A stretch of DNA of 57,336 bases, counting the filler, from Basidioascus undulatus (taxonomy: Eukaryota), in assembly GCA_000826855.1 (NCBI GenBank). It is 4 parts of 4 records of this genome, joined end to end, with 100 filler letters (N's around TTAATTAATTAA, not from the genome) between each part and the next. Parts side by side here need not be neighbours in the genome. Positions count along the whole stretch, not along the records: positions 17,116 to 30,469 come from JTLS01000819.1; positions 30,570 to 43,892 come from JTLS01000820.1; 2 more parts are not named here. One strand, written 5' to 3'. Every line of letters begins with the position of its first letter. The first letter of the stretch is position 1. Positions 25,356 to 38,638 of the stretch are shown here, piece after piece. The position numbers and the translations under genes were made by a program. The notes beneath the pieces were generated by a model, which worked only from the letters and a program-made list of their open reading frames with translations, did not search any database and was not told the DNA's origin.

Positions 25356-26394
25356 AGGTTAAAGTTAGACAAAGACAAGGACTCGCCTGAAATACATGCG
25401 ACGGAAGTTGCAACGCACAGATGCTTCAGATATTTAGCTGAGGTCGGCGTTCGCCAGCCGATGCTCAGCCGACGAAGAAAGCGCGTTACAGAGCATTGCA
25501 ACTTACAACAGCGTACTGGTTCTGCACAGGCGGAAGAGCCTTCTGAGGCACAGGCGCAACGTGGGTTGAAGAGGTTCTGTTGGCGAGGGAGGGGGCCATG
25601 ATGGTTTTCAAGGGGAGATGGATGTTCAACGAAACCAGGACGGAGAAAGGAAGAAGGAGGGAAATGGCAGGTATTTATTCCGGCATTGCAAAGGTGAGGG
25701 GTTTCGCCATGCCGTGCGGACATTGTACAAAGCAGGAGGACGCATGAAAGCGCAGACATACCGCAGCCGGCGAGCACGTCTTCTCCTGCGAACGATGACA
25801 CAAGCTCGGCGATGCAACCTGCGTAGCGTCTCTTTCGGACGCTTATGTCAAGTGTTCGTTTTGAGCTTGAGCCGAAGTATGCACATATAACACACGTAGA
25901 GCATTCGTAGAGCACAGGCTGTCGACAGTCTACCTGCAGGTATCCTTTGTGCCCCTGGCTTCCAGCTTCCGATGAGCAGACCCCACGTTTCGCAATGTTG
26001 TCAAGTCAATCTGCAAAGGGAGTGAAGCATAGGGACGTTCACGAGTAATGGGTCTGAACAGCACCGGCTGCTTGCACTGCCGTCTTCTGAAGTTCTTGCC
26101 CGGGCTCGAACCACGAATCGGGGCTTCACCATTGTTCATGCTCGTACCTGCCCTGCAGCGTGCCTCGCTCGACAGTGCTACCCGCAACTGCCTCTGCCCC
26201 GCGGAAAATAAGCCTCTGTTTGCATCTGAATACTCAACCCCAACTGAACCCTGGACTGCTATAGGCTGTAAGCAGTCCGTATGCAGCAAATATGTTTTTT
26301 TCTTTGTCTACGCCTCAGCACAGCGCCCCCTGTGCGTCCCGACCACACGCGCCCCGTCATCATCAACCACATACTCCAACCCGTTCCGCCGCGC

Positions 26395-28723
26395 TCATCG
26401 CCTGGGCATGCCGCGGCCGCGACCCCGACCACGCAGCGCTGCAAAACGGGACGTGAAAAGGAATGGTCAGCCCACAGGTCATCTTGGCAAGCTCCGACAG
26501 AGAAACTTGACGTACCAGCCTGCGCAGTACCCCGGGGCATGGGCGGGCCCGCGTTGGGCTTCTCGCTCTACAAAATTAAACGACCGTCTCCCGTCAGCTT
26601 ACGATCGTCCATCACGAGAGGCATCATCACGCACCTGCGGATTCCGCACGGTCTCGTCGACGCTCAGGATCAGGCACGCGGCCTCGGCCGCGCTCGAGAT
26701 GGCGTTAATCTTGACCAAGCTGGGCTCCCAGACGAACTTTGCCATGTTGTCCGCGACGGCCTCGGACTCGATGTCGACGCCGGCCCACGTCTCGCCGCGG
26801 GCGTGCTGCATGCGCAGCTTGTTGAGGATGTCGGTCGCGTCGAAGCCGGCGTTGTCGCACAGCTGGCGCGGGATCACCTCGAGCGCCTTGGCGAACGCGC
26901 CGATGATCAGCTGCTGCTTGCCCTCGATCGTCCGCGCGTGCTCGCGGAGATACTTGGAGATCTCCATCTGCACGGCCGACCCAAACATAAGTAAGTTTCG
27001 GTGGGACTCTCGGAAGGTGCGGGTCGTATCAGAAGCGGACGCACCTCCGCAGCACCACCGCCCGCAACAACATGGCTGTTCTTAATCGTCCGGCGGACGA
27101 TCATGATAGCGTCGTGAAGGCTACGCTCGACCTCGGCGATGAACTGCTCCGCGCCGCCGCGGAGGATGAGGGTGCAGGTCTTGGCCTGCGGGCAATCCTC
27201 GAAGATGTTAAAGCGCTCGCCGCCGATCTGGCGCTCCTCGAAGCGGCCACACGTGCCGAGGTGCTTGGCGGGGTCGATGTCGGAGACGGTGCTCTGCACG
27301 GACCCGCCGACGGCCTGCACGACGCGCTTCATGTCGTCCGCGGCGACGCGGCCCGCGCAGAAGATGTCCCGGTCGGCAAAGTACTGCGTCGCGAGGTCGC
27401 CAATTGGGAGCTTGGAGAGGACGACCTTCGCGCCCGTCTTCACGATCGCCTCGAGCTTCTGGTAGATGATCTGCCACTCCGCGTCCACGATCCGCTGATA
27501 CTCCTGTTCACCCCGAGCCGAACAGAGCCAGTTCAGCAGTCTGGAACCCCACCAAGACGACACACCGTCGCGACGCACCTCGACCGCCTCCACCCGGACC
27601 TCCGCGTTGTCCTTCTCCGCCTTCAACTCGAGCTCGACGTTCAGACAGAGGACCTTGGGGTCCTTGAACGACTTTGGTTGTTGCTCGAAACCCGCGTACG
27701 AGAATGTCTTCTTGAACGCGACGCCCTTGACGAGCAGCGAGTCCTGGCAAGGGGAACAAAGCACGGCGCATCAGCCGACCTCCTCCCGTGTTCGATGCCC
27801 ATCCCCTCTGCTCCCCAGCCGCAGCCCCAGCTTCCAATGCGCCCCAGCCCACGCAACATGATTCTCGCAGACCACTCACTTGCATGCCACCACCCGGAAC
27901 ACGCTTGATGCCAATGAGGTCCTCGTTCAGGTCGTCCTGGTCGAGGCAGAGGACGGCGTCGACGACCATGTTGGTGAAGAACGGCTTCTCGTTGTGGATG
28001 AGCTTGGACGACATGGACGTGCTCGCACAGAGGAGGAGGTGCTTCCGGAACTTCTCCGGGTCCGACTTGTCGATCGTCACCGCGAGCTCGTTGATCCGGG
28101 CGACGGCCTGTTGCGTTCCCCACCCCCACCCTACGTTCATTCCCGCCCAGTGGAAGGAGAAGCGGAAGACGACGCACCAGCTGAGCGGCCTTCCGGTACC
28201 CCTTAATAATCACATGCGGGCTCACGCCCTCCTCCACGAACCCCCTGACCTCACGGAGCATCTCGCCCGCGAGGAGGACGACGGAGGTCGTGCCGTCGCC
28301 GACCTCTGCGTCCTGTGCACGCGCGATGTCAACGAGCGTCTTGGCCGCCGGGTGCACAATCTCGAGCAGCTTGAGGATCGTCGCGCCGTCGTTGGAAATC
28401 GTCGCCTCGCCCCGCGCGGACACGATCAGCTTGTCCATCCCGCGCGGGCCGAGCGTCGAGGCGACGCAGTCGACGACGGCGAGACAGGCGCCAATGTTGG
28501 AGAGGAGCTGGCCACGGCCTTGAGAGGTGTCGGTGCCCTCTGCGTGATGGACAGAGCAGATTAGTGGCGAGTCCTGAGCTGAGGAAGACCAGACCGAGCT
28601 GCCGGACCTCGGAGGACGATGATGGGCGGTTGCTGGTGGGTTCTCCCTACGGCTTCAGTATCTACAACCGCAAATATAAACCAGAATCAGTATGCTGACC
28701 ATCATTCCCAGACGACCAGCCAT
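26395..28723 (-). CDS. CCT7: T-complex protein 1 subunit eta (chaperonin CCT7)
   Basis: [114 protein letters not shown] and the eta-type tail [12 protein letters not shown]. Confidence 0.96.
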
Positions 28724-29223
28724 GTTGGGCGATTGCGAGTGGAGGTGAGGGAGAGTATCGAAGCGAGAAGACGGTCACGGCGCAAGGAAGCGAGCGCTCT
28801 CGAAAAGGCGCGGGAGCGACGCGGCGGCAGCGTCTTCCAGAGGCGCAAGCTCACAGCAGCCTCGCTTCCACGCGTTTCCACCGCTGATGCGTAACAGCTT
28901 TGCGACATATCTCAGAATAAATCAGCAACACAATTTGATGCGCTTTTAAAGTGGTATGGCATTGTATCATTTAGAACGAGCATGAGCGAGGAATCGAAGC
29001 GGCAGAATAACAATTGAATGATGCGAGCAGTACAGTAGCTATGGCAGTTGTGTAGGTGTGCATGCGGGTCGTAAATGCGGGTAGGAACAGCAAAGATGGG
29101 GGGAGGAATCGAGCGGGGGGGAGAGAGGTCACAAGAGACCAGGAACAAGGGAGAGGTGCGGCGAAGGTCGAGCGAAGGCGAAATGACAAAGGGACATGAT
29201 GTCGTGACGAGCGGTCGGAAGAC

Positions 29224-30469
29224 TCAGTCCAGCTCTTCAAGGTCTACATCGTCCTGTGCGAACCCGCCAGGCATGCGCATGGGCTGCTGTAGCTGCTGGT
29301 GCTCCTCGCGGCCCTGCTGGTGCTGCTGGTGCTGCTGTTGCTGCTCCGGTCCACCGCCGTTCCCGCCACCGCCCTGCTCGTTCCGCGCCGCCGACTCGTC
29401 CGCGATCGAGTGCCGGCTGGCAAGATCGGCCCCATGTCAACACGAGGATTTCAGCAGACAAGGAGACAAGGAGACAGGGAACTAGGAAAGAGGTGCGGGG
29501 TGCGAGGCGAAGGCGACTCACCAGACCGGACACGTCCCATTAATCTTCAGCCATGGCACCAGGCAGTCTTCGTGGAACACATGCCGGCACGGCATGCACG
29601 TGAGCTCCTCGTCGAGCGCAAAGTCATCCTTGCAGACGCTGCATTCGCTCAGCTCCGCCGACGAGTCTGTCCTCCTTTCAGGGTCAAAGCACCGAACGAG
29701 AAAGGGTCAGGAGGAGTGGAGAAGACGGACCGAGTAGCCGCTGATCCACTCGCACTTTCCCCAGCTTCTTGATAGTCTCTTCGCTCGCGGGCGGGGGGCC
29801 GCGGGGCCCACTGCCCTGGCCCATAAGCTGATCCACGACCTGGTCGAAGCCTACACCAATGCCACACGCATCAGCCCCCACGTTCACACGTCCAGCCCAA
29901 ATGCAGAGATAAGCAACCCGACGCACCCTCCTGCGACAGCACGTAGTCACCGAACCGCGCCTGGCCCTGCGGCCCAAAGAAGATGTGCGGCCCGCCGGCG
30001 CCGCCCTCTGCTGACGCGGAGAGGAGCGCGCCGAGGAGATCTTGCAGGTAGCCGCCCATCCCGGGCATGCGTGGGGGCTGCTGCTCGTCTGCCGGAGGGG
30101 GCTGAGGATGTTGGCGCTGTTGGGGCTGGAAGGCCTGGTTCAGGAAACTGTGGGGCGGCCGGGCATCCCCCAGTCAGCCCTCGAAGCGAGATAAGGCTGG
30201 AAACGGAGGATCAACGCACTCTGCCAGACTAGGCACCTGTCCGACCCTCTCCGGCCCCGCACCAGTTGCACCTCCCTCCTGCCCGTGCCCCGCCTCTCCC
30301 GCCGCGCCGCCTTCCGCCGCGCCGCGCGCCCCCGCCCCCGTCCCAACGCGCATCGCGCCCCCATTCGCCCCAAAAGTAAACACGAGCGGCTCGCCCGGTC
30401 CTCTTCCCCCTGCGGCAGGGCCCCCAGCACCAAAGACGAATCGGGGACCAGTACCGCCGCCGCCCTCCT
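29224..30469 (-). CDS. RING-H2 E3 ubiquitin ligase (RNF115/RNF126-like), 5' end lost in the gap
   Basis: FGDYVLSQEG|FDQVVDQLM..PPPASEETIKKL, then ECSVCKDDF...[25 protein letters not shown]|R (C3H2C3 RING-H2). Stop at 29224-29226. Confidence 0.88.
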
Positions 30470-30569
30470 NNNNNNNNNNNNNNNNNNNNNNNNNNNNNNN
30501 NNNNNNNNNNNNNTTAATTAATTAANNNNNNNNNNNNNNNNNNNNNNNNNNNNNNNNNNNNNNNNNNNN
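30470..30569. other. Artificial contig spacer
   Basis: 44 N + TTAATTAATTAA (30514-30525) + 44 N. Confidence 0.98.
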
Positions 30570-30646
30570 GTTTCGCAGCACACGAACTGTAGGAGGCTTA
30601 AAATAGCGTTATCAGCAACGCTCTTGGTAGGAAAGCATCCGTGCTC
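30570..30646 (+). repeat. Left copy of a perfect 77-bp inverted repeat (truncated by the contig edge)
   Basis: Exact reverse complement of 40790-40866. Confidence 0.95.
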
Positions 30647-32799
30647 GCCAAACAGTGTTGGACGAGAAGGATCATGCATAGGAGGGACCCATTGAAACAA
30701 CAGCCAGCGCACACAGTCATTGCACAAGATCGCCTGAAAGCGGGGTTCAGTCGTTCATAAGTTGAATGCTTGTATAGGTGCATGCAACCTACATGTACAA
30801 GGCAAGCTCTTTCTAGTATTTAATCGCTTCTCTAGAAGCTCAGCGTCTGCCCTAACTTGCTGCCCGTGCACGTCGGCCCTACACGGGCCCCTCCCACTTC
30901 TTGGGCATTCCTGATTCCCATTTATCGAATCCATGATCAATGATGACGTCTTTAGCACCTTGCAGCACAAGCAAGAAGCCTTTGCAGCTTGCACCGAACT
31001 TGTCAGACGGTGTCGCACTCAATGACTTCATTAGCTCTTCTGCACTTACACGGCAGCAGCAAAGCCCCTGGCTACATGAACGAGCTCACGGTACCTCATT
31101 CGGTCAGGACAGGCCCAGCCTGCGCAGCACCTGCCTTTCGTAAACCAGGATGTCGAGTGCACGCTTACGGGCGCGTCACAGCCCTCGCGCAGACGCCCTG
31201 GTCGCTGTTGAAGAACCTACCCAAACCTTCTTCCATCCTTTAACCCGAAAAGTGAGCGGATATTGCGTTTAACGAGACGGCAAGAACACGCCGGCGACTT
31301 ACTTCTTTGCAGATGGGCTTGACCCTCACTGGTATGTGCAGTGAACCAGCGAGTCCCAAATGCAAGCCCTACAGCGGCGCCTGCAAACAAGGGCGGCGTG
31401 CGCCCATCTTTAGCTGTGTAAGAGAAGTTCAAGATGGTGTTGGTGTAAAGGCACACAAAGTCTGGAAAATCAGAGACCGCTTGGTGAACTCCTGTGCAAT
31501 GCGCCCGACCCATGCTCGGTGGGTATATACGCTTCCCTATTTATGATTGGTAACGCAGAGTGAGACGTACGTAAAAAAGGAGTGAAGAGGCTGTATGCTC
31601 GATCAATGTGAAGCGCTGCTGGCATTCCATGTGCATGCTCGTTCCCGTTTGCGCTTGATGTGTACGATCGCTTACGAAGCCAATCCGCAGTTTGCTCACT
31701 TCAACTGTAAGGAAAGCTGCCTTAATCTTTTTCCTTCCTCTGGCTCATTTTCTGAGGGACATCAAAGACGGCTCAAGCCCCGGACTTCCCTCCGCGTGCT
31801 CACTCCTTCACAGGACCTCGTCTCTCCATATCAACCACCGACGCGGCATCATTTCTCGCCCCACGTAATCTTCTCCGCTGCACCAGTACGCGAATCTCCC
31901 ATTCCCTTTCCTGTTGCACGTGATCAGCACAATCTCGAGCCCGACGCACCGATCGCGCGAGCTTGAGTGACGGGTGCTGCTGAGTGGTAGATGGTCGCGC
32001 TACCAAAGTCTCCGAAGTCCGCCCTCTTCCCCTATCCTCGTTTTACGGAAGTCCTGTTGCGCTGAACAACCGATCGAGCCGATCGCCTCCGATTGATACC
32101 AGCGGGCTTTGGAGGTTGCTTGGCTCGAAAACCCGTCGCTAGACACTCTGCAAGCGATGCTGCTCATATCAAAGGTATGATACTTGCTTGGCACCTACCC
32201 TGCTTTCCAACGCTGATACTTCTTCACTCTCTTCTTGCTCAGCTTTGGTTTAGGCTTTACTTTGCCTGAGTACCGGTACGACTGCTCTTGGCCTAGGTAG
32301 TCCTTCACGTATCTCATTTCCCCCTTGTCGAAACAGCTTTGAAGGTCTTTTCAGCACCGCTGCCATTGGCACTACTTAGACAAGCTCGGAACGACTCAGA
32401 ATCTCTGTCTCTGCCTTGACTGTCGTTGCCCAAGTTCAGCTGATGCTCAGCTCTATCTTCCCTCTAGCCAGGTGAGCGTGCTGCTCCGACTTCGGCAATC
32501 AGTGCTCCTTGATTCCTTTCATACTCCCATCTATTCAGCGCGGCCACGTGCTTGGTCTGACGCGGCTTAAGGCTGAAGATGCCGAATCGCCTCTTGCAGG
32601 CATTGTTGAGCACGAGGTATTTTTCGAGCCTCAATGATCTGCCTCTCGTTCGGTTCACGTGCCTTCTGAGTGCGGTTTTTGACTTGAACAGATTGGCCGT
32701 CGGATCGTGTGGGGGTATCCTGTTGTACGTCCTCCACATCATCCCACCTCACGCAATTGAGCCTCAATCGTCCCGTTAGTTATTTCGCAATGCCTTTTT

Positions 32800-34010
32800 C
32801 CAGATGGACATCGTCAGCTGTACGTTGCTTGTCACTGGACAACCCTACAACTTTTTCTACTGATTTGCCCGTCAACCTGAGCAGCCCTGCTCAAGGACTT
32901 CACGTATCTTATGAAGGAGAAGCACTTCCATGCGGCGCTCCCCGCACATGTAAACGATAACGACATTATTGAGGTTCACGGCATCTTGCAGAGGCCGCTC
33001 GATGAACCAACCGTACGCCGTCCAAGAACCTCACTTCTTCACGGCGTTTACTTGCTGATGCATATTTTTTCCATAGGAAATGAGCTACAGCTGTCAGCCT
33101 CCCCGCTCGATCAACTTCTCTGGCAGCAGAATTCTGGCATATTCTTACCTGCTGTCAGACTTCGTATGAGCATCATTGTGCCACTGCGCCGCTTCATTGA
33201 TGCTGTCAGTCCAACAGGACAGCCTTCAGTGGAGGCCGTCGAGCTTGCAACTGCCGACTTTGAACAGCTCATCCTAGATGCCCCGCGCTTCCGTCTGTGC
33301 CGCATCTTTTCGCCAGCGACCGGCACCACGCTGGCAGCGGGCAACACCTCGTGCGTTCCCCCCTCTGCTACTTCCCGACTCTAGTACCCTGAGAAACTGT
33401 ATGTACAAAATAGTATGCGCGCCAATTGTGGCGGTTTGTGCCGTTAACAATGGTAAGTCGAAGGCATCGTGCTCCTTCATGCCCCATGGAACACGCTGGC
33501 TAACCAGTTCCGGCCGTCGCAGATTATCCGGATCAACCGGCATGTGCGTGCTATTTCTCCTTTTCCATCCAAGGCAACCGCTTACCTTCCACTACGGTCG
33601 TGGACTTGGCAGTATCTTCTCGATGGACTTTGACCTCCGCTACCGCCGCATGACGGACGCCTGCATCGCTGCCGCTCGAAAGATCCTCGACTTTTCCATC
33701 GCAAATGCGAGCATGTTCTTTCCCACTCGGCACTGGTGCATATCCCCTCCTCCTCATCACCTACCGCTGCATGAATCCCGTAACGCCGCTTCGTCCATTC
33801 GGTTAGCTGAAAATCTAGCGTTCGCAGGCCCGTCCACTTTCATGTCTACAATGCGGCAGTTGAGTTCTTTCTTTCTTCTACCGCTTCTAGCCCACCTTTC
33901 ACTTGCCCCAATTCTGGCCGTCCTTCTCGCTTCAGCCCGAACTGAAACACTTGGCCGGCACCTTCAGGTCATGCTCTGCATTGACCTCTTGCAGGATGCG
34001 GCTATTTAGT
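32800..34010 (+). pseudogene. Remnant of a fungal-specific transcription factor (Zn2Cys6-associated middle/C-terminal region)
   Basis: HFHAALPAHVNDNDI....QRPLDEPT|EMSY (resembles t.lP.n.nD.dl...p...pT.msy) and RYRRMTDACIAAARKIL (resembles SR..Ci.AA..Il). The pieces lie in different frames and no Zn cluster is visible. Confidence 0.55.
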
Positions 34011-34689
34011 GTATCGTGGGCTGCCTACACAGTCTGTGCTCGTCCTCGACGGGAAAGCAAAATCTCCCAAATGCCTGCAATGCCTCAGTCTTACCTGATT
34101 TCCCCCGAACACCCTTATCGCACTTCTGATCATTCTGCCGGTTGGCAGGATCGATTTCCATCTCGATCTGTGCCCGGGTCGTAGACAGGCGTCCGTATTT
34201 GGCTCTCGTCCCGGCAGGTTTAAGGACAAGGACAAAGAAAGCTACCTGCGAGCTATATACACTCACGCCATTTACTCTCTCCCTGCTATATTCGCCCCCG
34301 CTATTACACGCCCGCTATCCTCATGTCCGCTACCCTGACATCCGTACCCTCATCGCCTCGCCCTCAGATCATCCATTTTGCCGTGATCCGATGCGGGAGA
34401 CCACTGTGTGTGTCCAGCCCAGGCCTACTTAGCAGAGCTGAGGTGACTTGCAGCGTGCAGGATGGTCTCCGAGGGAGCCACTAGAAAGCCTTATCCTCCA
34501 AGGAGATCCCCTAATCTTCGTCAATCCTGTTCATGAAGGAATCGGGGGAATGTGCATCAATTATAAGGAACTGACGAGATGAGGGGGTTGCGGCTGGTGG
34601 CCCATTCGCTCGTCAGTTGTGTTTCGACCAGCTCCGCGACGCCACCATCTTCTCGAAGCTCGACTTTACCCAGCTATTACCAAATGAGA

Positions 34690-35490
34690 AATTCCCTCGC
34701 CCATGTTCAAGAAACTGAGGGGAGAAGGAAGAGAAGGACGAAGCTGGGAAGGGGAAAACAGCTGCTGATAAAAAGAAGGGCCGAACACACCAGAAACTGA
34801 CAAGAAGGACGAGATACAAAGAAGGCCAAGAAGGACCGGCGCGAGAAGGCCAAGGTAAACAAGAAGGAGGGTGAGAAGGCGGGCTTCGTAAGAACAAGCA
34901 CAAGAAGGGTGACAACAAAGAAGGACGAGGACGATGAGGACGAGAAGGTCAAGGCCTTTGACGAGTTCAAGAAAGCCACTCTCTATGAAGACAATAATAG
35001 GATCTATGACAGTGGCTGCTAACACGCTGTGGACCCGCACTGTGATGCAGAAGGTCAAGGTGGAAGGGCAAGAAGGAGTATGAGGGCCACAGGGGATGGG
35101 GCTTTGGCGGTAAGAATTACGAGGGCAAGGAGGAGAAGGAGGTACACCCTATCTTTTCAAAACCCATGCAAAGGTCGGCTCGCTGACATTCACGCGGCAA
35201 GAAGAGTTTCAAGAAAGAGAAGAAGCAGCACCACAAGGTACGCGCTCACCATCTACTTGTCCTCCAGTATCTGTCTGACAGACATGAGCATCTCGGCAGA
35301 ACAAGAAAAATAAGGCATATAAGGATAAGGGTAAGGAAAAGTCGGGCAAGTAAAACAAAAAGGACGACAAGAACGAAGACTACGAGAAGAAGAAGGACCG
35401 GCACAAGGCGGAGGAGGACAAGAAGCACGCTCACGAGATGGGGAGCAAGAAGGCAAAGTATGCAAAGAAGGAGGACTTTAGGAAGAATGA
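34690..35490 (+). repeat. Purine-rich low-complexity tract, possibly a decayed K/E/D/R-rich coding region
   Basis: Recurring AAGAAGGACGA-like motifs; fragments such as KKAKKDRREKAK..KKDEDDEDEKVKAFDEFKK are interrupted by stops. Confidence 0.4.
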
Positions 35491-37218
35491 TAGCACTGTC
35501 CAGCACTCCTTTTCTGTCGTCTTCGGATCAGTGTCACTTCAGGTTGTAGCACGCGGCTGGGGAATCATTCTGAGCGCCTCGCACGCGTGAAACTGGTGCA
35601 GTTTTGGATGGAATATGCGAGAATGAGTATGTAGCTTCGCTTGCTGTACATGCGTTGCGTTCCACTTTGCCACTGCCCAGCATTCTTTGTGGAGGGTCCT
35701 GTCGTTGTTCTCTTTGACATTCATTTTGCTCTTCCGCATACCGTCTCACATGCTCAAATGACACGCTCGTACATGAAATTCCCCATCTGCCCCTCCGAAT
35801 CTCCAGAACAATGCTTCATAGCTTGTCACCCGCGCCGCTCGTGTCCACGGCGAAAATGCGTGGAACTGGTACCTCGGGAGCGTTGGCATTAGCAAACACT
35901 AGAGCGGCGGCATCGCTCAGGAGCTAGCCCTTGCTGCACTCGACAGGTTGCGGGTGTTGAAAGCACTTAGTGCGTAGGAGGAGTGGGGCCGTCGGAGGAC
36001 TACTGAAGGGAACGTCGTAGATCTGCATGCCGCCGTCATCATGAGTTTCAATATTTTCGTTCAGAACCACCTTATAATACGCACGACGTTGAATGCACCC
36101 CCGGCTACCTCGTTCAGCGCGACCACGGGCCAATACAGCCTTTCCAGCCAAGCGCGCATTCGGCCGCCGTCGAAAGCGAGATAGTTGAGATCGTCGTCCT
36201 AGTCGTCTTCCGGTCGGAGCTGGAGTAGTTCGGGGCGGGTATCGATTCTGTGGTTCTCGGAGACGACTTTTGATGTCCCGTCCCCGAAGAACACGGTGTA
36301 CTGCGCCAGCCCACTTTGAGTATCTCCGCATGGGAACGAATGCAAACGACTTCCGCGCACCTGCCGCAATTTAGCGGGGAGCAAGTCGACTTGAGAAGTT
36401 TCGGAGTACATGTATCGTGAAGGGTAGTAATTAGAAAAAGTTGCTTCAAGAAGGAGGTGGCCATGGTCAACGTTGAGCTCGACCGTTGCTTGGCGCCTTG
36501 TATGTTCGAGTCATACTTGCCGGGCGGCCCAAGGACGTGGTTCTTATTATCACCACCCCATTGCAACTAGGCTCGATACAAACCCCTCAGGCCTCGCAGG
36601 CCCACGAAGACAGCGGCTTGGAACGAACCCAGCTCGGGGTGCGTACCGGCATGGAGTACGCGGCCCGCCGGCGGGCGGATGGGTGTCGGGCGGCGACGCT
36701 GCCTGTCACCAGAGTGTAGTAGTGAGAAACATTGAGAGCTTTCTTCAAACTATCCATGTCCGTTTCTGCGGAAGCCCTCAAAATCATGTTCCGCACGGCC
36801 AACAACATAACGTTCGGTTTCTGGGGTTTATGCCTACCGAAAGGTCCATGAGGAAGATATCCACCATGCGAGCGCCAGTGTAGGCACAAGCGAGTGCCGC
36901 AGAGGGGCACGCAGGTCTAGTTCTAGTCTTTATCTTTTCACAACGACACACGCGAAGCTGGGACCAGGTTGACATGGAACAAGAATGTAAATGAGCCCAC
37001 AAGAAACAAAAACTATACCAAAATAGGTAATGGAACTTGAATCGTCAGAGAGAGGCATGCAGGTCAAGCTACTCCGAACTGTAGCTAAGTACCCAGCGTC
37101 CGGGTCCTCATCCCACGCTTTCATCTGTCCCTCTTCCCCCGAAGGTGCCCTTCCTTGAGGCTTCGGAAAGCTTCAGGATGGCTCTGCTTCACATGCTGTA
37201 GACGCAGTAGAGAAAGGT

Positions 37219-38119
37219 CCCCACCAGCCTCGCCCCTACTACCTCGGGCGTCACACCCATCGTAGATGCCACCATCGCTGTGAAGTTGTCGAACTCTGGA
37301 ACGAGCTGCCTGAGCTTGCGGAAGGCGAGGAAAGAGCCTTCCTTAGCCCAGTCGGGTCGGCCGGAGATCATCGTGTCGCCCAGGAGGCCAGTGAGGATGA
37401 TGCCGGGCTCGACGACGGCTTGGCCGGGGAGGGGGGTGCCGAAGTCCTTGATGGCGGGTTGGGTGATGCCGTCGAGGAAGCCTGTGCGAGTGCAGCTTGG
37501 TGTGTCAGCGGGTAATCTGAGGAGGATATAGACGACGACGACGTACCAAAGTGCTCATGCTTCGCCTCCGCCCCCGACCTCACCCTGCCATCAATCTTCC
37601 TCAGCACCATCATCCCCCCACCTAACAAACCCCACAACCTCGCCTGAAAGAGGCTCTCGACATGCTTCACCTGCATATCTACGGCAGCCTGGTCCGCCCC
37701 CGCCAACAGCCACACCCCGTCAATCTTTCTGCCCAAAAACAGCGGCTCCCACGTGCTCAGCTTCCCGCCCTCCGTCGGATCCCCAAGGTTCGTAATCGCC
37801 TGGGCCTGCTGGCCCTCCTCGAGTAGAGAGTCTTTAAGGTCCGCAACGTGCATGCCGAGCTTGGCCAGCCCGTGTGCGGAGAAAGCGACGTTGACGCCGA
37901 CAATGGGCAGCAAGCCGGGCGAGTTGGACATCTTGTGCTCGGCAATGGCGGACTCGTCAGCTTGCACTTTCGCAGTGGACGTGATGAGCTGGGCAGAGTG
38001 GGCGGCGAGGGCGTGCTGGAAGGCGGTAGTGTTGGAGATGGAGAAAAAGACGAAGGACTCGGCCTTTTTGGGGAAGCCGAGGACGATATCGCCTTGGACG
38101 TTCTTCGTAATGGCGCCAT
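37219..38119 (-). pseudogene. Dye-decolorizing peroxidase (fungal DyP type D), N-terminal ~60% only
   Basis: NVQGDIVLGFPKKAESFVFFSI, VNVAFSAHGLAKLG, LGDP..TWEPLF..IDGVWLL, HEHFG|FLDGITQP (GxxDG motif), RPDWAKEGSFLAFRKLRQLVPEF, GARLVG. The ATG at 38119 is out of frame with the body and the proximal-His region is not recognisable. Confidence 0.88.
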
Positions 38120-38250
38120 GATAGGGAGTGAATGTTGGTAAGTGGAGGTGGGGAGCAAAACGGGGAGGATGGAATGCGGCGCCTTTTATGAAAAGGAACT
38201 CCGCAACAATGTCTAGTCACCATGCAAAGTCGTCGTACGTTCAACGAGAA

Positions 38251-38638
38251 GAATAGTAGCCGCTTTTGCGGATGCATAGACCTGTGTCGTCATATGCTGC
38301 GTTGAACCCAGCGAGAACGGACAAACCCGTCGAGCAGATGAGCTCGGGAAGCAAAGAACTAGAGCGCGGAAAACGGAAGCGATTAAGGGTGCGGACATTG
38401 AGGAGGAAAACTCATGCCTCGACCTCTCCGAGCTTGGCGCACGTCCCTTCGTATCGAACATGTAACGGAACCGGAGTAAGGGAAAGCCTTGCATATGCCA
38501 AGCTTTTCATCACCGGAGAAGAATACCCGCTTTTACACATGCGTAGACTATGTCTCCGGCGCTCCAAAGCTGCGTTGAACCCAGCTAGTACAGCAAACCC
38601 AATCGAGCAGATGACCTCGAAAAGCAAAGAGTTGGAGC
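38251..38638. repeat. Diverged direct repeat, ~115-bp units about 270 bp apart
   Basis: GCTGCGTTGAACCCAGC...CAAACCC..TCGAGCAGATGA.CTCG..AAGCAAAGA..T.GAGC at ~38297-38365 and ~38569-38638, each preceded by similar CCGCTTTT...ATGC.TAGAC segments. Confidence 0.8.

Noticed and set aside
26090..26160. GGTTCGAGCCC B-box-like motif on the minus strand
   Set aside because: T-stem pairs poorly, and no D-arm or acceptor stem is present.
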